Of a stretch of 32,105 bases of DNA, positions 1 through 9,523 are shown piece after piece (position 1 is the first letter of the stretch; the number at the start of each line of letters is the position of its first letter). Made by a program: the position numbers and the translations under genes. Origin of the DNA: an uncultured Pseudomonadales bacterium (GTDB taxonomy: Bacteria > Patescibacteriota > Microgenomatia > UBA1400 > PJMF01); the NCBI GenBank assembly GCA_964464985.1, contig CAYXJQ010000066.1:1-32105 (forward strand), in the 5' to 3' direction. Under the pieces are notes generated by a model. The model was not told the origin of the DNA. It did no database searches and saw only the letters and a program-made list of their open reading frames with translations.

Positions 1-663
1 AAACCCAGTTAATAATAATTGTGTTTCATTATAACTAAGACCTTTTCCAGAAACAATATTAATTGAAAAAGAGATATCAATTTCATTTGGTTCAATTCCT
101 TTTTCAAAATATTTAATATTTTCTAAATAAAAATATTTTTTATTGATTCGAGAAGTGTCTGCGGTAGCTAAACCAGAACTGCTAGCACTAGAGCGAGCCG
201 TAATACTACCAATTTTTAAATAAGAACTTAAAAAACCCTTATTGTGACAACTAGTATCAACAATCATATCCAGAGGCAAACTCATGTTGTAACGATTAAT
301 TGGAGTAGTATAAATGAACTTAATTAAGCGCTTGTTAGTAACAATAGCTATGGATTTTTTCCATAGAATAAAAACCCACCAAGCTCCAATCAAAATAAAC
401 AAAGAAAAAATCAATAACATAATTAAAGTAACACCAGGTAAAACATTGGTGGAAAAAATTAAATTAATAGTTTTATTAAATAAAATTGTGGCTAAAATAA
501 TGCTTAAGCCCACTCCAAAAACAAACAATAATCTTATAATTAAAAACATCGGATGCTCCCTAGTAACATATAAAATGCTTTCATCACTTGCCTGACCCGG
601 AAAGCGAGACTGGTCATAAGGAAAATTAATATCATTTGAAATAAAAAAAGATTTTGAAGACAT
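1..663 (-). CDS. membrane protein with bacterial PH-like (YdbS/YdbT-type, membrane-flanked) domain; partial, 3' end runs off the window
   Basis: Absent from the ORF track because no stop lies in the window. The reverse-complement frame from ATG 663-661 is open for all 221 codons to position 1. It reads MSSKSFFISNDINFPYDQSRF..., then two hydrophobic helices (LLFVFGVGLSIILATILF and VTLIMLLIFSLFILIGAWWVFILW), then IAIVTNKRLIKF, which is typical of bPH domains. The track ORF 314..595(+) is its antisense shadow. Confidence 0.65.
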   Translation of the reverse strand, partial: MSSKSFFISNDINFPYDQSRFPGQASDESILYVTREHPMFLIIRLLFVFGVGLSIILATILFNKTINLIFSTNVLPGVTLIMLLIFSLFILIGAWWVFILWKKSIAIVTNKRLIKFIYTTPINRYNMSLPLDMIVDTSCHNKGFLSSYLKIGSITARSSASSSGLATADTSRINKKYFYLENIKYFEKGIEPNEIDISFSINIVSGKGLSYNETQLLLTGF

Positions 664-669
664 GGTCTT

Positions 670-678
670 ATTATATCA
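670..678 (-). promoter_or_regulatory. extended -10 box (TGATATAAT on minus strand) 6 nt upstream of the ATG at 663; probable leaderless transcript
   Basis: The reverse complement of 670-678 is TGATATAAT. Only 6 nt (664-669) separate it from the start codon, and there is no Shine-Dalgarno sequence. Confidence 0.4.
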
Positions 679-701
679 CTTAAGCTATACTAAAAAGACT
701 T

Positions 702-1826
702 ATGATTAAGAAGCTGTGGCAGAAACAATTAATAAAATTTCGTCGATTAAATAATAAACAAAAAACTTTATTTATTGTTTTTTTACTTATATTTATTACC
801 GGAATCACTATTTCTAGTGTACTTAGCTATCGCTATTTCAATCAAAATAAAAACAAACAAGAAACAGTAAACCAGATCGAAATCAATGCCGCAAACTTTT
901 TAGACGATAGCCAAATTGAAGATAATGATAAAAAGGAACTAAATGTCTTGCTTTTGGGATATGGTGGTGCTGGCCATCAAGGTGGAATGTTGGCTGATGT
1001 TATTCAAATTGCTCAGCTAAATTTTGAACAAAAAACTCTGTCTTTTATATCAATTCCTAGGGATTTAGAAGTCAAACTTAATAACTCTAACTACCGAAAG
1101 ATTAATGCTGTTTTTAGTTCTAATATGACTGGCAGTGAACCAATGATTAATGCCGGTCAAGTTAGTAAAGAAATATTATCTCTCATTACTGGCTTGAATA
1201 TCAGGTATTTTATTGCCATTGATTTTGTTGGTTTCCAGCGTCTAATTGGTAAAGAGTTGGGTGGAATTGAGGTTGACGTTGCACAAAACTTTGAAGATAA
1301 ATGGTATCCGATCGAAGGAAAACAGCTTGACCCTTGTGGTTATAGCAATGATGAGATTGCCCATTTAACTGCCACCCTTAGTGGCTTTAATTTAGAAAGA
1401 CAATTTGCTTGTCGCTACGAACACATCTATTTTCCAGCTGGACTGCAAAAAATGGAGGGAGGAGATGCATTAAAATATGTTCGCTCTCGACACAGTAGTA
1501 GTGATTTTGATCGCAGTCGACGCCAAGTGGAAGTAATGACTGGTATTAGAAAGAAGCTTTTTGATTTAGAAGCACTAAGCAACATTCCCCAGTTTTTTAA
1601 AGAAGTAAGTCAACACGTCCATACAGATTTTGATTTGGAAAGTTTACAATATTTTGCACCATTACTTATCAACGCCAATGATTTTCAGGTTAAAAACATT
1701 AATTTAAGTACAGAAAATGTTTTGAATAGTAGCTCTAGCAATAACGGTTCCGTTTTAATTCCAAAAGCTGGCCGTGGCAACTGGAGCGAGTTACAAATAT
1801 TTCTACAGGAGTCACTTAATAATTAA
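702..1826 (+). CDS. LytR/CpsA/Psr (LCP) family cell-envelope phosphotransferase
   Basis: N-terminal TM helix, then LLLGYGGAGHQGGMLADVIQIAQLN...ISIPRDLEV and GGDALKYVRSRHSSSDFDRSRRQ, which are the conserved LCP arginine/aspartate motifs. Confidence 0.85.
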   Translation: MIKKLWQKQLIKFRRLNNKQKTLFIVFLLIFITGITISSVLSYRYFNQNKNKQETVNQIEINAANFLDDSQIEDNDKKELNVLLLGYGGAGHQGGMLADVIQIAQLNFEQKTLSFISIPRDLEVKLNNSNYRKINAVFSSNMTGSEPMINAGQVSKEILSLITGLNIRYFIAIDFVGFQRLIGKELGGIEVDVAQNFEDKWYPIEGKQLDPCGYSNDEIAHLTATLSGFNLERQFACRYEHIYFPAGLQKMEGGDALKYVRSRHSSSDFDRSRRQVEVMTGIRKKLFDLEALSNIPQFFKEVSQHVHTDFDLESLQYFAPLLINANDFQVKNINLSTENVLNSSSSNNGSVLIPKAGRGNWSELQIFLQESLNN

Positions 1827-2566
1827 GAGCGACGAAACAACCTTCTAAAGAAGTTGGGCAGATTAAACTCTCCTAAAACATTATCAACATGAGTCTCAAC
1901 TAATTCTTGTTGAGCTTGTAATTCTAAAATTGTTTCTTCTATAGCCAAACGCTCCTCTGCAGTTAAAGTTGGATCTTCTAAAAGCTCACGCCATTCGTTA
2001 AGTTGTTGACTTTGCTCTTCTAGAGTTTCATCTACAGCAATAACTGCTGATCTCTCTTGACCAAAGAAAAAACGCTTCCAAGTCGGTCTTTCCTCTAATT
2101 GGCTCAGTCTATTTCTTATTTCTTCTTGTGCTCGCAACTGTTCTTGAGCTATAGTTCTCACTTGTTCACCAATTCCACCTTTAACACCATTTCCCTCTTG
2201 GAATTTTTCCATTAGTAAGGATTGAACTTGATTGGCAACATCATTATTTTTTTCTTTAACAATTTTTGCAGCTTCTCCAACGGTTAAACGCCTAGATCCA
2301 TCTTTTACAAGTACGGCACCTCTGGTTCCATTTTCTTCTCCAATCATTTCACTCTCTCCGGAAGGATTTGTCATTCCCTGAACTGAAGCATCATCAACAG
2401 GCAAATTTGGATTTTGAATGTTTTCCTGTTGCTGCACCTGATTAACATTGCCCATTGCTTCCCTTGCCAATTCAGGGGCTCTGTTATTAGCACGCTGAGC
2501 ATTAACAGAATTTAAGGAAATTAAACTTAATGAACAAAGAGAAAGAAAAAAAATGGTTTTTTTCAT
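1823..2566 (-). CDS. secreted coiled-coil protein, function unknown
   Basis: Signal-peptide-like N-terminus MKKTIFFLSLCSLSLISLNSVNAQ followed by a Q/E-rich heptad-like sequence. Its stop overlaps the LCP gene stop (TTAA). Confidence 0.55.
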   Translation of the reverse strand: MKKTIFFLSLCSLSLISLNSVNAQRANNRAPELAREAMGNVNQVQQQENIQNPNLPVDDASVQGMTNPSGESEMIGEENGTRGAVLVKDGSRRLTVGEAAKIVKEKNNDVANQVQSLLMEKFQEGNGVKGGIGEQVRTIAQEQLRAQEEIRNRLSQLEERPTWKRFFFGQERSAVIAVDETLEEQSQQLNEWRELLEDPTLTAEERLAIEETILELQAQQELVETHVDNVLGEFNLPNFFRRLFRRS

Positions 2567-2621
2567 ATATTTTTATTCTAAACTTCTAATAATTAATTTT
2601 CAAGCTCATCCCATCTATTGA

Positions 2622-2649
2622 TTGATTCTTGAGATAAAAGGTCTACAAT
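2622..2649 (+). promoter_or_regulatory. candidate sigma70-type promoter (TTGATT-16 nt-TACAAT) for 2660 gene
   Basis: TTGATT lies at 2622-2627 and TACAAT at 2644-2649. The GTG start at 2660 is only 10 nt downstream of the -10 box and has no SD. Confidence 0.3.
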
Positions 2650-2659
2650 ATTATTTTTA

Positions 2660-3604
2660 GTGAAACAAAAATTAATTTTAATTTCTTTTGGACTAATTGT
2701 TTTTTTCTTAATTATTTTTCTACTTATCTATATATATCAACAACCTTGCCAACAAATAAGCTGCTCCCTCGATCATCCACAGGACTCTCAGTGGCAATTT
2801 TTAAATCCTTACGCCAAGGAGGATAACATTAGTTTGAAAAAAATTGAGGAATTTAAATCAACAATTGATAAATCTTTGCAAAATTCAGATATTCAAACAG
2901 CTATTTATTTTCGTGATCTTAATAATGGACCATGGTTTAGCATCAATGGTAATTTAAGGTTTGACGGTGGAAGCTTATTAAAAATCCCCGTTTTGATTGC
3001 TTATTATAAAAATGCTGAAAATAATCCAGAGTTATTAAATAAAAAAATAAAATATCAAGAAAAAAAGCTGTTGTTTAGCGATCCAGATTTTGAAAAATCT
3101 TTAGTTCTTGGAAAAACCTATACTGTTCAAGAGTTACTAGAAGCTATGATTATTAATTCTGATAATACTTCTCTTGCCTTATTAACCGAGTACTATGAAA
3201 AAGAAAAAATTAAACCTACTCTGGCTCAAACAGAATTGTATCTGGGAATTTTTTCAGAAATTGAGACTATTAATATAGTTGAATATTCTGGAATGCTACG
3301 TATTTTATATAATAGCGAATATCTGTCGGCTGGCAGATCTAACCAAGCTCTTGATTTAATGACTAAAACAAACTTTACTGATGGCCTCACCAAATACTTG
3401 CCAGATGATCTTTTAGTTGCACACAAATACGGTGTTAGAACTTACCCGAAAACAAATGAAAAACAATTACATGATTGTGGCATTATTTATAAGAACTCCT
3501 CACCCTATATTCTTTGCATAATGACCAAGGGGAAGGACTTAAAAAAACAAGCTGAGGTTATCGCCTCAATTAGTCAAAAAGTTTATAAAACTTTAGTTGA
3601 TTAA
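2660..3604 (+). CDS. class A beta-lactamase-fold serine hydrolase (penicillin-binding-like), membrane anchored
   Basis: N-terminal TM helix. The S-x-x-K motif is GGSLLK, the S-D-N motif is NSDNTS, and the KTG-like motif is HKYG. The spacing matches class A beta-lactamase-like proteins. The start codon is GTG. Confidence 0.7.
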   Translation: MKQKLILISFGLIVFFLIIFLLIYIYQQPCQQISCSLDHPQDSQWQFLNPYAKEDNISLKKIEEFKSTIDKSLQNSDIQTAIYFRDLNNGPWFSINGNLRFDGGSLLKIPVLIAYYKNAENNPELLNKKIKYQEKKLLFSDPDFEKSLVLGKTYTVQELLEAMIINSDNTSLALLTEYYEKEKIKPTLAQTELYLGIFSEIETINIVEYSGMLRILYNSEYLSAGRSNQALDLMTKTNFTDGLTKYLPDDLLVAHKYGVRTYPKTNEKQLHDCGIIYKNSSPYILCIMTKGKDLKKQAEVIASISQKVYKTLVD

Positions 3605-3650
3605 ACTTGCTTTTATAACTAATCTGTGGCTTAATAATCCAGCCGTCAAA

Positions 3651-4334
3651 ATGAAAAAACACTATTTTTTAGAAAATTTTATATATTTTTTTGGTCGTTC
3701 ATTAGCTCGCCTTTACACCAAAATTGACTTAAAACGCCAAACTAAGTCAAAAGAAAAACTACCTAAAGGTGCTAAAATCTTTGCCGTCAATCACCCCAGT
3801 ACTCTTGATCCCCTTTATGTAATGAGTAGCATTAAGGAGCCAGTCCATGCTTTACTTACAGAAGATGTTTTTAAAATTTTTGGTCTAAGTAGGTTGATTA
3901 CTTGGGCAGGACACATTCCAGTAAGTCCATCTTCTGGAAAAACTGCTCTTAAACGAGCCATTGCTTTACTCAAAAAAAACCGTTCAATTCTAATTTTTCC
4001 AGAGGGAGGCGTTAGTCAAAATTGTAAAAAAATGGAAACTCTTAAAACCGGTACTGCTCGTATGGCTTTAGCAACTAAAGCGCCAATCATTCCAATTAGC
4101 ATTTGTGTAAACCCAGAAAAAATTAAAAAATTTACTATAAATATTCGTGATAAAAAAAATCTATTCGTTTGGTATCGAAAGGGAGCTTACATCATTAACT
4201 ATGGCAAACCAATTTATTTTCAAGGTAAAAGCAATAGTTTTGAAACAGTCAACAAAACCAACCTAATACTGCAAAAAACCCTTCAAAAATTACTAATTCG
4301 TGCTTACCGTTTAAATAAATTACCAGTTGTTTAA
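3651..4334 (+). CDS. plsC: 1-acyl-sn-glycerol-3-phosphate acyltransferase family (PlsC-like)
   Basis: The H-x4-D catalytic motif is NHPSTLDP, and FPEGG and TGTARMA motifs are present. The track ORF opens at a TTG (3597) that overlaps the upstream gene, so the first ATG (3651, MKKHYFLE...) is taken as the start. Confidence 0.8.
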   Translation: MKKHYFLENFIYFFGRSLARLYTKIDLKRQTKSKEKLPKGAKIFAVNHPSTLDPLYVMSSIKEPVHALLTEDVFKIFGLSRLITWAGHIPVSPSSGKTALKRAIALLKKNRSILIFPEGGVSQNCKKMETLKTGTARMALATKAPIIPISICVNPEKIKKFTINIRDKKNLFVWYRKGAYIINYGKPIYFQGKSNSFETVNKTNLILQKTLQKLLIRAYRLNKLPVV

Positions 4335-4357
4335 TGTTTGTTTTTTTGCTAAATTAT

Positions 4358-4452
4358 TCTTGCTGTGGAACACGGTGTAAATCCGTGACTGTGCCGCAAC
4401 GGTGAGTTTGTTTTTAACTATAATTACAAATAAGTCCGATCTTCAGCCCAAA
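4358..4452 (+). promoter_or_regulatory. candidate cobalamin (B12) riboswitch aptamer, short form lacking the large peripheral extension
   Basis: Positions 4367-4406 read GGAA-CACGG-UGUAAAU-CCGUG-ACUGU-GCCGCA-ACGGU-GAG. This parallels the E. coli btuB core element by element: GGGAA-UCCAG-UGCGAAU-CUGGA-GCUGACGCGCAGCGGUAAGG. A B12-box-like AAGUCCGAUCUUCAGCC lies at 4432-4448. Its CAGC can pair with GCUG at 4362-4365 to close the aptamer. A weak hairpin plus U-run (4458-4481) and the SD AAGAAAGG (4550-4557) follow. Confidence 0.6.
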
Positions 4453-4562
4453 TCAACCTTGACGAGCATCAAGCGATTTTTCCAGGCTTTTCCACGGCAT
4501 ACTATTAATTAAAATCTGTCATTATTGATAGATTTGGGCGATAAAGCCACAAGAAAGGTCTG

Positions 4563-5276
4563 ATGAAAGAAAATATTTCATCTGTAGAATACGCAAATAA
4601 ATGGTATGGAGGGGGCTGGGAAGAAGAAATACCAAATAACTTGGAATTACTACAAGCTTCTCTCACTCTAGAAGACAACCCTCTGTTTTTATTAGAAAAT
4701 ATTAGTCAGAATCTTGAGTTAAGTAGTCAAAGTTTAATTGAAATCCTGTCTCTTAGTGGTGAAACACTAATAGAGCTAATTCAAACAGAAATTGATCAAT
4801 TAGCTCAAAAGGCCAAAGAACAAGTTGCCTCTTTGTTTCTTAGAAAAAAATTTGGAGAACCTGGTGATCCAATGGTCTCAGTTGTTTTTGCCCAACTAGC
4901 ACAAAGAGAAGTTTTAACAAAAAAAGATAGCAGAGAAAGTGCCAATGAAGTTGCTAAACTAACCGAAAGATTTGAAAAACAAATACTCAGTCAATTCAAG
5001 ATATTGATTGCCAATCAAATCAACAAAATTGAGAAGGAAAGAAAAAAGTACGTGGAAGCAGAAAAAACCAGTAATGAAATAGGTAATCAAACACCTGAAA
5101 TTACTGAGCAAATGCAAGGATATCGTCCAAAATTTGCTGAAAAATTTAAAGATTTTGAAGAACAAAAAAAATCATTAACAAATCTCTATAAAAAAATAGA
5201 TACTTACTTACTTCCTCAAAACAATAGAGTAGTTTTTGAATTGGCTAAACAAGGTGTTAGCCCAACTTCTCTTTAG
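4563..5276 (+). CDS. hypothetical soluble coiled-coil protein, immediately downstream of the candidate B12 riboswitch
   Basis: 237-aa ORF with an SD 6 nt upstream. No TM helix, signal peptide or recognisable catalytic motif. The K/E-rich central region looks coiled-coil. Confidence 0.6.
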   Translation: MKENISSVEYANKWYGGGWEEEIPNNLELLQASLTLEDNPLFLLENISQNLELSSQSLIEILSLSGETLIELIQTEIDQLAQKAKEQVASLFLRKKFGEPGDPMVSVVFAQLAQREVLTKKDSRESANEVAKLTERFEKQILSQFKILIANQINKIEKERKKYVEAEKTSNEIGNQTPEITEQMQGYRPKFAEKFKDFEEQKKSLTNLYKKIDTYLLPQNNRVVFELAKQGVSPTSL

Positions 5277-6381
5277 TTTTAAATACAAAAACACTTAGAA
5301 AGGTGGTAAGAGGCACAGCGAGCATTAAGCCTAAACTGCTTACTAGAGTGCGAACTATTTCTTCTGCAACAATTTCTAATTCAATTACGTCTATAAAGCT
5401 ATGATTGCCATCAAAAAATAGAATCAACAGGGGCATAGCTGATCCAGCATAAACTAAAATCAAAGTATTAATCATCGATGAAACATGATCGCGACCAACC
5501 CTCATGCTTTGTAAAAAAAGATCCCAAGAATTTAGTTTGGAATTAGCTAATTTAAGCTGTTCGACTACCGAGGCCTGTCCAATAGTCACATCATCTAACA
5601 CACCTAATGCGCCAATCATAATTCCAGCGAACAACAAACTCAATAAATTAATTTGCCCCTGACTCATAGTGCTAACAAAAGCTGCTTCTTCACTGGCAAA
5701 ACCAGTAAGATTGGTTAAACTGACAAAATAAAAAGCTAGGAGCATAGTAATAAACAAAGAAATAACAGTCGCTATCACAGCGCTATGAGTTTTTTGTTTA
5801 AATCCATGAGTTAAATAAAAACTAGCAGGAATAATCAATAACGAACTAATCATCGCAGACACCAATGGTGAGCGACCAGCCATAATCATTGGTATAAGTA
5901 CTTGACTGATAACTAAAAAAGAAATTAACAAACTTAAAAGAGCAAGTAAACCCAAGCGTCCAGTAACCAATATTACTGCCAGCACAAATAAAATCAACAA
6001 AAACAGTAGAGCTTGACGCTTAACCAAGCCCTCTATCACAAAAAAGCGTTCATCTTCTTGATTAAAGTCTGTATAAATTCTTAATTTATCACCAATTTCA
6101 TAGGCTTGATAATTCACAACACTTAAATTGTTGGCGTCTAAACCAGATTCGTTAAGCACTTGAATTTGAGAACCCTTCAGACTACCCTTGTCTAGCAAAA
6201 TTTCTAAAACTTGATAGGGGAAACACTGATCATTAACTAAATTTTCACCACTATCTATAATTTCAACTACCCGTCCCTCTAAAGTCTCTCCTCTTATTTC
6301 TTGAGCCGAAACTAATTTTGGCAAAAACAAAAAAACAAGGATTAAAAAAAAATAAGAAATCTTTTTATAAATGTTTTTCAT
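5257..6381 (-). CDS. YibE/F family integral membrane protein
   Basis: Signal/anchor, then a ~120-aa extracytoplasmic domain, then multiple TM helices. The C-terminal block GALGVLDDVTIGQASVVEQL...MRVGRDHVSSMINTLILVYAGSAMPLLILF matches the conserved YibE/F signature. Confidence 0.65.
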   Translation of the reverse strand: MKNIYKKISYFFLILVFLFLPKLVSAQEIRGETLEGRVVEIIDSGENLVNDQCFPYQVLEILLDKGSLKGSQIQVLNESGLDANNLSVVNYQAYEIGDKLRIYTDFNQEDERFFVIEGLVKRQALLFLLILFVLAVILVTGRLGLLALLSLLISFLVISQVLIPMIMAGRSPLVSAMISSLLIIPASFYLTHGFKQKTHSAVIATVISLFITMLLAFYFVSLTNLTGFASEEAAFVSTMSQGQINLLSLLFAGIMIGALGVLDDVTIGQASVVEQLKLANSKLNSWDLFLQSMRVGRDHVSSMINTLILVYAGSAMPLLILFFDGNHSFIDVIELEIVAEEIVRTLVSSLGLMLAVPLTTFLSVFVFKTKEKLG

Positions 6382-6443
6382 TTAATACTTAATTGTAAAA
6401 AAAACAGAATAATAAAGCAAACAAACTTATTAATAGATCCAAA

Positions 6444-7700
6444 CTAAATAATTTTTAATTCTTTACCAACTTCCTTAATGTTTTGTAAAAAAGACTTTAA
6501 ATCTGTTTTATTGTGACTAGCGCTAATTTGCACCCTAATTTCATCTTTTCCTTTAGGAACAACTGGATAATTAATGTTGGTTAAAACAAATCCTCGCTCA
6601 AACATTTTTTGAGTCAAGGCCTTAGTTTTTTCTGTATCACCAATCAAAATTGCTTGAATTGGGTGAATTGACTCAGCAGCAAATTTAAAGCCAAGTGCTA
6701 ATAGTTCTTTTTTTATAAAAGCTAAGTTGTCTGCCAAACGAGCCAATAATTTAGCTCCAGTTTCTGTGTCGATTAATTGCACAGCCATTAAAGCCGCAGC
6801 GGCTGTTCCTGGGGAAATTGAGTTGGAATAAATATAAGTAGCAGCCGATTCTCGCAAATAATCAATAACTGCTTGTTTGGCTACTACATAGCCGCCATCC
6901 GCTCCCAAACCCTTACCCAAAGTGCCAATTAACACATCTGATTTAACTCCTGTTATCTCTTCAGTTCCGCGACCAGTTTCACCAAAGGCTGCTATTCCAT
7001 GACAATCATCAACTACTAATAAAACTCCTTCAGGATAAATTTTGTCATAGCGATTAATAATGCGACGTATTTTTTTCAAATCCTGATATTCGCCCAACAT
7101 TGAAAATACACCATCAGTAATCACCAAAGCTCTTTTAAATTTTTTAACATTTTTCGCCAAAATTTCTTCTAAAGACTTGGCTTCCAAATGTTTGAAAATA
7201 GCTTTTTGATCACTGGGTAAATTAGCAATCCTAATGCCATCGATAATACTGCGATGATTCAACTCATCAGAGATTACCAAAACTTCATCTCCCACTAAAG
7301 AATCCTTGCTTTGACCCTTAATTAAACTAAACAATACCGCTAAATTAGTGGCAAAGGCACTAGAAAAAACCATCGCATCATCTTGGCCATGAAAATTAGC
7401 AAGCGCTTTTTCTAAATCACGATGCACCTGAAATGAACCAGAAATAAAACGAACGGCTCCTGGACCAGTTCCGCAAGCTTCCGTCATTTGATGTTCGGCT
7501 TTTTTTAATTTACGATGATGGCGTAAACCCAAATAGTCATTTGAGTTAAAAATTCGATAAGCTTTGCCATTGATAACTGCTTTGGGAGAAGCTTCCTTGG
7601 TAAACTCTTCAATCAAGTGTTCTTTTCTCTTAGTCACACTAGCGGCATCAATGCGCGCTACTTCCTTTTGTAAAATTTTAAAAAAATCCCAACGAGACAT
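6444..7700 (-). CDS. kbl: glycine C-acetyltransferase / 2-amino-3-ketobutyrate CoA ligase (alpha-oxoamine synthase family)
   Basis: VRFISGSFQVHRDLEKALANF, SDELNHRSIIDGIR, ITDGVFSM, VDDCHGIAAFGETGRGT, the PLP-lysine block GTLGKGLG, and YPVVPKGKDEIRVQISASH all align with E. coli Kbl blocks. BioF cannot be fully excluded. Confidence 0.75.
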   Translation of the reverse strand: MSRWDFFKILQKEVARIDAASVTKRKEHLIEEFTKEASPKAVINGKAYRIFNSNDYLGLRHHRKLKKAEHQMTEACGTGPGAVRFISGSFQVHRDLEKALANFHGQDDAMVFSSAFATNLAVLFSLIKGQSKDSLVGDEVLVISDELNHRSIIDGIRIANLPSDQKAIFKHLEAKSLEEILAKNVKKFKRALVITDGVFSMLGEYQDLKKIRRIINRYDKIYPEGVLLVVDDCHGIAAFGETGRGTEEITGVKSDVLIGTLGKGLGADGGYVVAKQAVIDYLRESAATYIYSNSISPGTAAAALMAVQLIDTETGAKLLARLADNLAFIKKELLALGFKFAAESIHPIQAILIGDTEKTKALTQKMFERGFVLTNINYPVVPKGKDEIRVQISASHNKTDLKSFLQNIKEVGKELKII

Positions 7701-7773
7701 AAAATCCTTTCCTTCTTTATCTTTAATATACTACAAGATAAAAAAATTACCAATTTAATTAAAAAGCTAGCTT

Positions 7774-8199
7774 TTACTTGCTAATCTTTTCTGTCAGATA
7801 TTCAATAATATCTGGATAACCAACTAAACAATTGCCGTCAATGGTATAAAAAAATGGTACCCCAACCCTCTGGGTATTTAGTCCACAGCTTTTTGCTCTA
7901 GTAATTAATTCAGAGTAATTAGCCTGATTGTTATATACTTCTTTACTAGTAATTTTAATCTTTTCCTCAACACCTTGTTCTTCCATCCATTTTTGAACGT
8001 CGTGACAATAAGGACAAGTAGCTCCCCAATAAAAAATGTCCTCTTCTGGTTTTTCTTCACTATTTTCAACTATAGAATTGTCTATTACGTTTTTCTCAAC
8101 TAGCAAGGTCTCATCTGCTTTCTGACCACCCAGAACCATGATTACTACGAATATGAGACTAGTAACTAGCAAACTAATGGCAACGATGATTTTTGTCAT
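7774..8199 (-). CDS. membrane-anchored glutaredoxin/thioredoxin-fold protein (CPYC active site)
   Basis: N-terminal TM helix, then WGATCPYCHDVQKWMEE (CxxC) and a C-terminal GVPFFY (cis-Pro region) typical of glutaredoxin-like proteins. Confidence 0.65.
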   Translation of the reverse strand: MTKIIVAISLLVTSLIFVVIMVLGGQKADETLLVEKNVIDNSIVENSEEKPEEDIFYWGATCPYCHDVQKWMEEQGVEEKIKITSKEVYNNQANYSELITRAKSCGLNTQRVGVPFFYTIDGNCLVGYPDIIEYLTEKISK

Positions 8200-8239
8200 A
8201 ATTATCTATTCATGTTTATATTACTTAATAAAAATTATT

Positions 8240-9280
8240 TCATATTAATCCATAAAAATAACCAGCAAAAGTAGTTAATAACATAATCAACAGAACATAT
8301 AATGAAGTTTTTTTAGCACCTATAAATTTGCCAATAATTAATAAGCCTTGTAAAGACAGAACCGGATCGGCCAATAAATAAGCCATTAGTGGACCGCGGT
8401 GCATACCAAGCTTCATAAAATTTTCGGCAATTGGCACTTCTACTAGTGCTGGAAAATAAGCTAGCGCCCCAAACAACACTGCCAATAAATTAGTTAATAA
8501 ATTGTTTTGACTAGTTAAAGCTTGAAATTGATCCTGAGGAATTAGAGAGGTAAGAGCCGAAGCCAAAAACACACCAACAAATAATAGTGGCAAAATCTGT
8601 TTAAAAAATTTCATTGTTTCGCTCCACCAAGCTCGACGACTCTCAACACTCAACCACTTATAAGTCATTAGTAATTGAATTATGGTCAAACCTAAAACGC
8701 TGGGAATTTTAACAACATCAGTAATTGGAGCACTACCAATAATTAAAACCCCCAATAAGCTTAACCAAAAATATTTAGCTTTAGCTCCTGAAAGGGCATT
8801 CTTTTTTTTGGCCACAATCAGTTCTTGTTCATCCTTGTGACCATTGCCGAAAACAGCTTGCATAATTAAACCAACACCAATCGCAAAAACGATAGATAAA
8901 ACAAAGCGAACAAGAGCAAAATCCCAACCCAACCTCTGTCCCGTTAAAACTAAACTTAAAAGGTTAACTGCTGGACCCGCATAAAGAAAGGTAATGGCCA
9001 CTCCTAAACCAGCTCCCCTTTTCCAAATGCCCGCAAATAAAGGAATAATGGTACAAGAACAAACTTGAACCAACAAACCACTAATCGAAGCAATACCATA
9101 AGCCACAACCTTTTTACTTTTACTACCCAAATATTTTAAAATCGCATCAGCAGCTAATAAACTATTAACTGCTCCAGCAATAAAAAGTGCAGGAATCAAA
9201 CAAAATAAAACATGGGCTGATAAATAATCAATTAAGCCTAAATAACCTTGCTGAACTGCACTTATCAAAATGTCTTGCAT
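8240..9280 (-). CDS. permease of the ArsP/DUF318 family
   Basis: Polytopic membrane protein with the hallmark VCSCTIIPLF motif. The ATG directly abuts the stop of the upstream thioredoxin-like gene. Confidence 0.75.
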   Translation of the reverse strand: MQDILISAVQQGYLGLIDYLSAHVLFCLIPALFIAGAVNSLLAADAILKYLGSKSKKVVAYGIASISGLLVQVCSCTIIPLFAGIWKRGAGLGVAITFLYAGPAVNLLSLVLTGQRLGWDFALVRFVLSIVFAIGVGLIMQAVFGNGHKDEQELIVAKKKNALSGAKAKYFWLSLLGVLIIGSAPITDVVKIPSVLGLTIIQLLMTYKWLSVESRRAWWSETMKFFKQILPLLFVGVFLASALTSLIPQDQFQALTSQNNLLTNLLAVLFGALAYFPALVEVPIAENFMKLGMHRGPLMAYLLADPVLSLQGLLIIGKFIGAKKTSLYVLLIMLLTTFAGYFYGLI

Positions 9281-9523
9281 TTATTTTTTTAAATCTTCTA
9301 ATAATTCTTTAATATCAGCGACATCACTTATCTGACCAGCCAATAACACCTTGTCATCAGCCATTAAAACCGGACTGGTCATTACCCCTAAGTTAATAAT
9401 TTGATTAATATCAGTAATGTATTCTACCTCTTCATCCCAATTCAGCTCTAACATAGCTTGCTTGGTCATTTCATAAAGTCTTTTACAAGTTGGACAACCA
9501 GAACCTAAAACTTTAATAGTCAT
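9281..9523 (-). CDS. small thioredoxin-fold protein (redox-active disulfide protein 2 type)
   Basis: 80 aa. MTIKVLGSGCPTCKRL...VMTSPVLMADDKVLLAGQI matches the Thioredoxin_3-type family. ATGA start/stop overlap with the ArsR gene. Confidence 0.85.
   Translation of the reverse strand: MTIKVLGSGCPTCKRLYEMTKQAMLELNWDEEVEYITDINQIINLGVMTSPVLMADDKVLLAGQISDVADIKELLEDLKK

Noticed and set aside
314-595. Track ORF of 93 aa on the plus strand
   Set aside because: It lies entirely antisense to a longer, fully open minus-strand frame (1..663) that has clear TM helices and a PH-like motif. Its own translation is low-complexity K/I/N-rich shadow sequence.
3597-3650. TTG-initiated N-terminal extension of the PlsC-like ORF, and likewise the TTG at 9870 for ArsR and the ATG at 26039 for the HTH protein
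   Set aside because: The extensions overlap upstream genes or lack ribosome-binding context. Downstream ATGs (3651, 9840, 26057) give proteins that start where family homology starts, or that have an SD or stop-start coupling.
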